Shown: positions 38,429-48,327 of the stretch, in pieces
Layout: each line of letters begins with the position of its first letter
How positions within the stretch are numbered: the first letter of the stretch is position 1
Assembly (NCBI GenBank): GCA_051530055.1
Contig: CM121343.1
Location: forward strand, 3,628,389 to 3,692,388
Length of the DNA: 64,000 nucleotides
From: Neoechinorhynchus agilis
Lineage: Eukaryota; Animalia; Acanthocephala
Direction: 5' to 3'
Notes under the pieces: model-generated
Database searches by the model: none
Seen by the model: the letters and a program-made list of their open reading frames with translations, nothing else
Told to the model about the DNA's origin: nothing
Program-made: the position numbers and the translations under genes

Positions 38429-41378
38429 ATGACTATATTTGACAAAAAGGTACTGTAATAAAAAACTAAAATTTTGCATTTTCAATATTTGAAGGATGCA
38501 TGGGTTAATCCTAGTGATGAGACCTTAAATCAGATTCGTGAGTCCTTGGATTCATTGTTAGTGACTGGCGAGGCATTGATTGTTATTGGGAAGGTTGATG
38601 GAGAAGACATTGGTTTGAGTGAAGACGACATTGAAAACTCCTTAAAGACGCTTTCATCCATTCAAACGGAGATGCAAATTGAACAGAGAGTGGTTCAAAA
38701 ATTCAACTGTTCCGGCGGAACGTTTGGAGTACGGGTTTTGCTTCGTCGTCTGTTGGATAATCGGGATGACTTCCTTGAGATCCGCATTGCTGTTATTGGA
38801 AACGTTGACAGTGGAAAGTCCACACTTCTCGGAGTTCTAGCTCATGATATGCTTGACGACGGCAGGGGATTAGCTCGATTAAAGCTTTTTCGGCACAAGC
38901 ACGAAATACAATCCGGACGTACAAGTAGTATCGGAATGGAGATCCTCGGTTTCGACAGTGAAGGGAACATCGTTAAAAGCAAATCACATTCGAAAACTTC
39001 AGCCGCATGTTGGTCTAATATATGTGAAGGGTCCTCCACTACATTGGCACTTTTTCGAAATCTCCAAAAAGAACCATTGTTTTAAAATCATTAACTTCAT
39101 TGACCTTGCGGGCCATGAAAAGTACCTAAAAACAACAATCTACGGCTTAACTGGCCACGTTCCGGATTATGCGATGCTAATGATTGGTGCCAATATGGGA
39201 TTAGTAGGAATGACCAAAGAGCATTTGGGCCTTTCTTTGGCTCTGGATATCCCAGTATTTGTCGTGGTCACTAAAATCGACATATGTCCTGAAAATGTAT
39301 TGACCCGGACAATGAGATCTATGCTCAAAATCTTGAAATTAAGAGAGTGCAAAAAGATACCTTACATTGTCAACGACCAAAACGACGCTATTATTTGTGC
39401 AGCTCAATTTGTAAACGAAAGGCAAGTATTCTTTAGATCTTGTGTCGAATTTTACACAAACCATTCTAGGTTATGTCCGGTATTCCAAGTGTCCAATGTC
39501 ACCGGCCACAATATTAATCTTCTTAAGACATTTCTGAACCTCCTACCATTTCGTCATGTCGGAAACCTTCAGGCCCCTCCTGAGTTTCAGATCGATGATA
39601 TATTTAACGTGGTGGTCAGTACTCGAGTTTATCTTGATTTATAAGTTCTAAACTTGAATAATCAAAGGGTATCGGCACTGTTGTTTCTGGATTGATGTAT
39701 AATGGCATATTAAGAGCCGGGGATAGCGCATTGCTTGGTCCAGACAAAGTTGGGGAATTTAGCCCCATTCAAATCAGATCCATTCATAGAAAGAGGATGC
39801 CTGTGGATTTCTGTCAAGCTGGTCAAACTGCTTCATTCTCTATTAAGAAGGTTGGTTTATTTAGGATTAAAATCCTACGGTGATCAAAATGTGTAACTTT
39901 TTGCAGGTTTTGCTTAAATGGTTACAAAATGAATGATAATTTGTCCTACTTTTTTCGCTGTGAAATACACACTTATTGCTAACATTTTAGTGGAGAATAA
40001 TTTCAACTTTTTTGCAATGTGCTGACGCCAATTTAGAACTTTTCAGTTGAAAACGGAAACTCTAAAATTGTCTAAATTCGAAGTCTAAACCAAACTGATC
40101 TAAGAATGTGCCTTTAGATTTTTATAAGTTTGGTGTGAAGCTGTTTGATGAAGAAAGAGGACAAAACTCCAAATAAGATAGATTGATAGAACGATTTTTT
40201 CTTGAAATTTCATTAATTCGCGAAATTAAAAAAAATTGAGATTTTTACTTAAACAACCTCCGTCAAAAATATCCTGGTCGAATCCCTCATATTCCCATCA
40301 ACGCATTTTGTTAAATTAGGAGCCTAGGCGGAAAATTTCATCAAACTAACCTTAAGGTAATAGAAGGAATCATTTAGGAATACGACCGTAAATCTAGAAG
40401 ATGGATTTTAACACAACTTGATAAAATTGTAGCATGAATAACATCTAAAGTTGACAAATTATGGGATAACCTGAACTGCGCACGAGATAAGTGTCTCACG
40501 GGACTTTTTAGTTTCGTTGAATCTTAAAATATTATCAAACCTGGAAACTTTGCCATATAAATCGGATTTATGTGAATTTAATCGCAAATTATTTCAATAT
40601 ATTTGAGCGACCGAGTCTTGAAGTAGATTGCAAAAAAATTCAAGTTTTTTTTATTATTATAATTGCAATGCCTGATATTAATGTCTTTTTTATATGAGAG
40701 GATTGTTATCATTTTTTATTTCACAAAAGACTTGCCGCTTTTTAATTTGATTATCTTCATTATTTAAATTCTAATCCGTAAAGTTCAAAAGTGTTCAACT
40801 GCGCAAAGGAATGATAATTGTTACAAAAAGGCAAATGGCACTAAGCTACAGATACTTCGAGAGTGACATTGAGATTCTATAGCGCGGATATTTTGAGCGT
40901 TTCTCTAAGGAAAAATATCTATGCTTTACATCACCCAACAACGATAAAAGTCAATTACCAAGTTGTGGTTCACGTGGGCGCTGTAAAGCAAACGGCTCAA
41001 ATAATCGGGATGTCAGTGCCGCTGTTAAGGAATCGAGATAAAGCCCTGGTAACCCTTAAATTTGTGAAGCATGGTGAATACATGAAAATCGGCGATAGAT
41101 TGATATTCCGAGAAGGACGAACAAAGGCAATTGGAACGATAACAAAAGTATTTTGTCAATTTTCTGACTGTGTAGGGGTTTCAGCTGGTTTATTGAACCT
41201 CAAGCCCTCGGATGCGACCGCCATAGAACAAAGAAATGGAGAACCATCGAACCCGACCCACGGTGGACGTAAACGAAGTCGAAGAAGATTGAAGAAAATG
41301 CAAGACCTTGGGGATGTTGATGAAGAAAAGGCATCGTCGTCATTTGTTACATCCGAATCTAAGACTGATGAACATTAA
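38429..41378 (+). CDS. GTPBP1: GTP-binding protein 1 (translational GTPase), multi-exon
   Basis: GNVDSGKST, RHKHEIQSGRTSS, FIDLAGHEKYLKTT, VVTKID, HHPTTI. Canonical GT-AG introns, one GC-AG intron, and two non-canonical inserts. Confidence 0.93.
39040..39084 (+). other. TA-bounded self-complementary intervening sequence (43 nt removed) in the GTPBP1 CDS
   Basis: TA 39040-41 and 39083-84. CATTGGCACTTTTT vs CAATGGTTCTTTTT (11/14). Removal gives ICEGSSTKIINFIDLAGH. No in-phase GT-AG pair found. Confidence 0.75.
39422..39469 (+). other. 48-nt GC-AG intron hidden in frame inside ORF 38958-39644
   Basis: AG|GCAAGT...TTCTAG|G. Removal gives FVNER-LCPVFQVSNVTG, as expected for GTPBP1. Confidence 0.75.
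40878..40928 (+). other. TA-bounded self-complementary intervening sequence (49 nt removed) in the GTPBP1 CDS
   Basis: TATAGCGCGGATATTTT vs reverse complement TAAAGCATAGATATTTT (13/17). Removal gives FESDIEIL-HHPTTI. Confidence 0.8.
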
Positions 41379-41815
41379 CTCGAATCAATACAAAGGAGCA
41401 TTTACTACACGAACCTGTATACGTTCAACTTATCCATGTCATCATAAAAGAGAGAGATTTATTCGACGTGTAAGGATGTGCCTGCATAATTAGTTGTTGG
41501 TAATTAGCTTTCACTTCGTTTAGCTATAGAATTGCCATTTATAGTTATTCCTTTCAATGTCAATCCATGGATTGCTTCTGTCGGCCCAGGCAGCGAATGC
41601 AAAGTTTTAGTTCATCGATCGCCTCTAAAATGTACTACTATTAGATTTTTAAGTTTTACTGGCAAGCCGGTATTGTTTTTATCATCATTATATTTTAGTC
41701 AATCCCTTTGTTGTCCGGCTTATTTAGGCATAAAGCCAAACCAATTACATCAGAGAAGTGATATAACCACATAGTCTCTAATGCAAGGTTAAGAGTTTGT
41801 ACATTTCTCCGGATC

Positions 41816-41879
41816 CTCAGATACCTCCAGGAGGCGGGACTCATCAGTGAGTTTCCTCCCTTCAGCGGTATTTCGTCCC
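41816..41879 (-). ncRNA. Non-circularly permuted hammerhead ribozyme motif, solo copy
   Basis: GGGAC GAAA TACC gctgaagggaggaaa CTCA CTGATGA GTCCC gcctcctgga GGTAT C TGAG. Full core and all three stems intact. Confidence 0.75.
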
Positions 41880-43185
41880 CTTTGGCTGTGCGTCATTGGT
41901 GGTAACGGATTCGGACCACTTGACCCCTAATCGGGATCACGGGCATTAGTCTTGATTTTTTTTGTATCTTTGTGCAAACGTTGCAGAGGGAAATCAATGT
42001 ACACGTTAAATATCTTTTATCTGGGGATTATCATCACCACAATTCCAAACTTATCATCCCGGGAAAGTTTCTATGTTCATTGTTGTGAGAGGGTCTTTAT
42101 TGCTTTGTACATTCTTTAATTTCGTGTCAATTAACATCAAAACTCATCCAGAAATTCCCGATTTTATAAAAAATCTGTCATTTAAATACGTAAAGTATTG
42201 AATCTTTGTGGGTGCTACAAAAAATGTAGAATTTTGAATTTATGGATTTTTCATGCTACTTACATCACATTAATCCGCACTGCACCAGGAAGGCATCATT
42301 TTTATTCTCAGACGAAAAACGTATGATCTATGCAATGGAGGATTCGCTGTTCCCATTGTAATTGCGATCGGATTTCCAAGTAAAAAATATTCTATACAAA
42401 GTCACTGGAGAAATCGATATTGTGGGTCTGTGGAGGTTGGATCTTCCTACATTAGTTAAGGTTTTTATTTACTGCTTAACTTAATTTGGAAAGTTTCTCA
42501 ATTTCATAAAAGCGTTTTTTAAATCAAGACACCTAATGTAAATAATTGGAAGTTTTTGAAATATATTTTAGTTCATTGGCCGTGTTGAAACAGTAGATTG
42601 GGGAATAAGGCAGACTTTAAACTTAATCTAAGTACAGTGTGAATTTAATCATCCATCGACGTTGATGTGTACAAGACCGTGCCTCCGAAATATCGGACCT
42701 AATAAATTCCTTCAATTTTTCACCGTCATAAACAATTCAATCTTCACATATCCATTTTTGTCTAGGAGCTTAAAGGCGACTTCTTTGCGAGACGATGTTT
42801 AGTTATTTTTTAAAGAGATTAAGCAGGCACTTTCCATCAATAGTCCATAAACGCGAAACAATCGATCGTTCAGTTCGTTTTTATCGTCAGTGAAAACGTT
42901 TTTGCTTCTAAATGTTCGCTCGAATTCCAATTCTTTAAAAGATCTATAAAATAGTTTTTACGGGTCTAGAATAAATGGACAATCGAGATTAAATCACGCT
43001 AACCGCTCGATTCTTGACATTTAACTTTTGGTTTTTACTCTCCTCTGTTATATCTCACCGCGAAATTCGGCGTCTCATAGCGGCATACTCACTGCTGTGT
43101 CCAAGTCATTCATGAGTCAAACTGAACTTCACTCACCAAGTTGCCGTTTGAACTATATTTCGAGAGAGATGTTTACAAAAAATAA

Positions 43186-43674
43186 AAACGCATACAGCAC
43201 TCTAAATTTTCCAAAGAACCAAAGTTCTCCATAGCTCCAGAAAGGATGCCGTCATCTCCAAGTCGCAATGAAGCATTTCGCCGTGATGCACCTATTCAAG
43301 TGGCTGTCCATACCTCGCCGCCGCAATATTATCAAGACCGAGAACATCGTCGAGGGAATCATCATAATCAACATAGAAGGCACTTGAGTGGATCCTTAGA
43401 TAATTGTGTTTATACAGCCGAATTCCAACAGAACAATAAGAATCAATCACCATCAACGCTCTATTGTTATGTTCGGCGGGTAGGAGGTGAGTTACCACCG
43501 GATGACGAATACGATCCACAGTATGATAATTATTCTCCGCATAATAAAAGAAAAAGATCGGATCCATATTCTTCAACACAGACAAAGGTCTCAACGTGGA
43601 AGGGAAGATACCCTGGCAGTGGAACGTTAAGCATGGTCAAGCATAAAATTTCATCCACTTGTTCTATTATGTAA
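43186..43674 (+). CDS. Orphan hydrophilic ORF ending in a CaaX-like motif (CSIM)
   Basis: Open frame 43186-43674. C-terminus STCSIM*. 5' structure unresolved. Confidence 0.4.
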   Translation, partial: KRIQHSKFSKEPKFSIAPERMPSSPSRNEAFRRDAPIQVAVHTSPPQYYQDREHRRGNHHNQHRRHLSGSLDNCVYTAEFQQNNKNQSPSTLYCYVRRVGGELPPDDEYDPQYDNYSPHNKRKRSDPYSSTQTKVSTWKGRYPGSGTLSMVKHKISSTCSIM

Positions 43675-44095
43675 TTTGTTATTATAGTTTTATATCCAAA
43701 TTTAACTCCTTACACCGAAATATGATCAATAAATCGCAGTTAATTTTATATAGAAATGGAAAACATACCGTTAAGAACCCAGAGACAGTCGCCATGAGTT
43801 TATTTTTAATGATAAAATTATAAAGTAGAATCGAGCGAAGTGGCTTCATCGATTCAACAATGCGACGTGATGAAAAAAAGAAAATGCATTTTATATGTTT
43901 AATCGTTCAATCGATAATCAAAAATTTCAAATCTACGAAGTGACGTGTTGGATAGTGGATTTGACTTTAAAGACGATTTAAATGTGAAAATACACGTAAT
44001 TACGATGTGACAAACAGGAACAAATTCATATATCCAAATACTTATAGAACTTATGCTGAGAAGGTCTTGAGGTCTCTACAGCAATGCTATTTAGT

Positions 44096-45222
44096 ATGGA
44101 GCATTTGAGTTGACCGCTTTTAATTTACACGAAAATATTGTGCTTATATCAAATTGTCTGAAGCTCAAAATCCTAAAGGGGCAAATCAAGAAAAGTATTT
44201 GGTCAATGTAAGATGTGCTCCAGAACAAACAAAAACCACTCTACTAATTAAAATTGATCTAAAATGCTTTTTGTATAAAATTTAAATCGATTTTATTATA
44301 GACTGCTCATTCTGGGCTGGCCATCCACGACGTTTCTTAATACCATTAAAGGAGTTTATCCAGCTTTATTCTGCATTCGTCCAAAAAAGCTATCAAATGA
44401 AATTCGTCTCATAAGAGGATAAAAAAATCGAAACAATTGCAATCAATCAGCGATCAGTTATGCATTCAAAAACAAAACGAGATGGAGCATTTGAGTTGGC
44501 CGCTTTTAATTTACACGAAAATATTGTGCTTATATCAAATTGTCTGAAGCTCAAAATCCTAAAGGGGCAAATCAAGAAAAGTATTTGGTCAATGTAAGAT
44601 GTGCTCCAGAACAAACAAAAACCACTCTACTAATTAAAATTGATCTAAAATGCTTTTTGTATAAAATTTAAATCGATTTTATTATAGACTGCTCATTCTG
44701 GGCTGGCCATCTACGACGTTTCTTAATACCATTAAAGGAGTTTATCCAGCTTTATTCTGCATTCGTCCAAAAAAGCTATCAAATGAAATTCGTCTCATAA
44801 GAGGATAAAAAAATCGAAACAATTGCAATCAATCTGCGATCAGTTATGCATTCAAAAACAAAACGAGATGGAGCATTTGAGTTGGCCGCTTTTAATTTAC
44901 ACGAAAATATTGTGCTTATATCAAATTGTCTGAAGCTCAAAATCCTAAAGGGGCAAATCAAGAAAAGTATTTGGTCAATGTAAGATGTGCTCCAGAACAA
45001 ACAAAAACCACTCTACTAATTAAAATTGATCTAAAATGCTTTTTGTATAAAATTTAAATCGATTTTATTATAGACTGCTCATTCTGGGCTGGCCATCTAC
45101 GACGTTTCTTAATACCATTAAAGGAGTTTATCCAGCTTTATTCTGCATTCGTCCAAAAAAGCTATCAAATGAAATTCGTCTCATAAGAGGATAAAAAATC
45201 GAAACAATTGCAATCAATCAGC
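44096..45222. repeat. Tandem array of about 2.9 units of 386 bp
   Basis: ATGGAGCATTTGAGTTG(A/G)CCGC recurs near 44097, 44482 and 44868. Confidence 0.95.
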
Positions 45223-46041
45223 CCTCAATCAGAATTTAAACCGTTACGACGTTACGAAAAGCTGTGATTAATTTAGCGAAACTCATATTTTCTATACTTC
45301 TAATTTTTAATCTTGGCAAAACATCGCGGGTTATAATGTATCAAGCGGTGCATGAATTATTTATTGCTACCTCGAAATCCTCTCAATTTATCTACAAATG
45401 CCGTCTTTCATTTTAGAATTATTGTTTAGGTCTACACCCGTGGTAAATGGTTATTTATCAAAAAGACGTTTCGAACATCGTGGGATTCATCATCAGTTCT
45501 AAAATACAAGTGGATGAAATTACTCATCCGCAGACAGAGATGTCCGAGAAGTGCAGTAATGTGCAGTTGTATTACGTTATTGATCGACGACGAACGTTTG
45601 GGTTATATGAGTGTACATGCGATTAGCGGAGTTAGAATATAGACATCGTGTGTGTACAATCATCATTGCAAAAAAACCAATTTAACTCAGTTGCATTCAA
45701 ATATTATACTTGGAATCTGTCCGCTTTTTATCGTTGTTTTGTTTTCATTTTCTTTAATATCGTTAAAAGTGAAACGGATCGGCCTATTGCGCCAGACAGA
45801 TTGAGTCACGTCCACTACCTGCTGTCCGGCAGTGCCAAAATAAGAGTTACATCCTTTTATGTGAACGCTGATGGTATATTTTGTATGTTCTCGAATGGAA
45901 ACCTTTTTTTTTCGAACATTATATAATAAATCTGCTTTGAAGATTCTTTAAATATAAGCGTTCTCCTTTCACTAAATAGTTTATGACCGTCATCATGGCG
46001 AAATAATTCCACGCGTGCAGAAAGATTCTCTTAATAATCCA

Positions 46042-47758
46042 TTACATTTCAGACAAAAAGAACCTTTCTGTACTTAAAATGATTTGCCACTGAACCCCTG
46101 CCTCAATGGGGCCGTACAATCCAATTCCAATGACATTAATGTTCATATTAACGCTGAAGCCGATTTGATTAAACGAACTTGTGCATGTCCAACCTTTTAA
46201 AACTTGTGAAAATCTCTTAACCTCCTTCATGGAGCCATATGGTCCGGGATGTATCCACCCACATAGATCACAAAATGTTGTACATGCAAACGTTCCATTA
46301 AGATTTTGATTCCGTTTATCGGTATTAAGAATGCTTAGAGTACCATATTTGACCGAAGGCGAAGAATCGTTAGCCTTATTGGCATGACCGTTCTTTTCGT
46401 TCTCAATTAAATAAATGAAAATATCCTTTACTAGATTAACGTCTAGAAGACCTGATTTAGCCGGAACTCTACAAAATTCATATAAGGACATCAATGTGTA
46501 CCTTATCAGATTCAGAATGCAAGGCGATGAAGCTTTCTGACGTTGGTGAAGGTCGCTGAGTAATTGTGGACTTAGAGTATCTTTGTCGAAAAAATCGAGA
46601 ACACTCACATCGCCAAGAACCAATCGGATGTCAATCGGTGAATCTTTATCTAATCCGTAAAGTGAACACTTGTTAGCAGCCCACTTTTGAACATACTCAA
46701 ATAATTCAAATTCCGACACCGAACATAACTCTTGTCTTCGTACCACCATTTCGAGCATTTCTATACTAATATCAAGAAATTCACTACTTCCAAGAACTTC
46801 GGGAGCACGTAGATCAATCATCAGCAAACATTCCGTTTCTAACTCATAAACGTCGTATAGCTTCGCATGGCGAAAAAGGCTAAATGAACGGATCATCTGC
46901 TTCATTGTCAAAGGATTCAAAATCCACGATATCAAGAAAGGGACGAAATACCTCGTTGAAGGGAGGAGGAGGAGGAAACTCATGGGAGGTACCCAAAAAA
47001 TCCAACAGTACTTAAGCCACAGAACTTCTCTGGCGTCAAACGGAAATCAAACAAAAAAGAAGCTGCAAATTTTCGCAACCTATTTCCTTATAGATGATCA
47101 GTTCATATTTAAAAAGGTTTTCAGGCTTTAGACTTTCCTTCATCGATTGAATACAAGCGTCTTCCAGCTTTTGAACTTGATATTTCTTACTGCAATAGAG
47201 AAGTTCAGCCGAATCGACATTAGAAAGACAAACGTCATCAGTGTAAATATATCTCAGGAATTCTCGAAAGCAATCCACTCCAATGTCCTCAATTCGTACT
47301 GTGGACGATGTACCGCTGGATTCAGCGAGCTGCCCATAGAACATGACGTCAAAGACAGGAGAAACTAATGATAGAATCAATCGATGAGCCGAAAGAACAT
47401 CGCTCTCATTGAACACAAACAGAACATCCGCATGCCGCGAACTTAAATACAAATTTGCTATCCGAGAGTGGACGGCACTGTGTTGACCATCGGTCACCCC
47501 GACCTTTAACGGCGTTTTGAACGTCTCTTTAGAAGAGTTATCGGAACCAGCGGAATTCGACACGCATATCTCAAGCATATGGATTTTATTTTCAACAACA
47601 ATGGACACTGGACTCAAATGGATTGCTGGGTACATTGATGATGACACGGAAGAATCGTCGCTAGCACAACCTTCACTTTTGAACATTAAGTACGCAACAA
47701 CAATTCGATTCGTTCCGGACGTGGATTTTCCTTTCGCTTCACTCATCAATATCGTCAC
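46042..47758 (-). CDS. BTB-BACK-PHR protein (BTBD1/2/3/6 family), interrupted at 46881-47111
   Basis: BTB (ADVLFVF..AHRLILSLVSPVFDVMFYG..FLRYIYTD..KKYQV), BACK (SEFELFEYVQKWA) and PHR-like (IGFSVNMNINVIGIGLYG) domains. 5' end unresolved. Confidence 0.88.
46881..47111 (-). other. TA (TTTA)-bounded intervening sequence with terminal inverted repeats (229 nt removed) in the BTBD CDS
   Basis: TAAAT(AT)GAAC[T/G]GATCATCT inverted ends (17/18 plus a 2-nt indel). Removal gives LKPENLF-SLFRHAKLYD. Interior carries a hammerhead-family remnant at 46937-46992. Confidence 0.8.
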
Positions 47759-48327
47759 ATTTCCGGGATATAAACTATTTTTTAACGAAGACTGAACATT
47801 ATAATCCGATCTCCAGTTATTGGAGTCTATAACAAGAATCTTTATAACAGGGCCCCGAAATGAGACTCAACATTGCCGAACTAGATCTTTTTCAAGCCAG
47901 TATCCGTTTTCCATGACTAGGTTTCTCTGCAGGAGAGGAATATTCTCCATCCCAGAAATGACTTTCCCCGTGGTAATCACGTATCGTGGATACCTTTATC
48001 AGCCATGCTTCTTCGCAGATATAATATCTTGTATGAATGTGTTACTGCATTGATTTTTTCAGCCGTTCGAAAACGGATACTTGGACGTGGGCTGTAATAA
48101 AGATAAAAATCTTTATTTCTGAGAACCTTCGCCGTCTTCCTGAAAACCATTCCTCAAGATTTTATCATGGCAACAACGCGCCCAAGTGTCCATTCTCGAA
48201 AACAAAAACGCTGCTTCCATATTGTTTCACACGACACGAGGACACCGCTCGCTTAATATCGAAATTGTAAATACTTGAGCACTTTACTCGTTCGCATTTC
48301 TTCACTGGGTTGAGCGCTCTCATTCAA

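Noticed and set aside
3318-40929. Alternative rule that the inserts are AG...AA or AG...AC introns
   Set aside because: It is frame-compatible for four inserts but fails for BTBD and the first GTPBP1 insert, and it alters conserved residues. Kept only as an alternative that cDNA can test.
47843-47905. A further TA..TA insert upstream of the BTBD ORF (minus strand) that would extend the frame
   Set aside because: End complementarity is weak and offset, and no homology is available to validate the join.
48040-48140. MBD-like peptide KDFYLYYSPRPSIRFRT on the minus strand
   Set aside because: Only a few residues match, and the frame is short.
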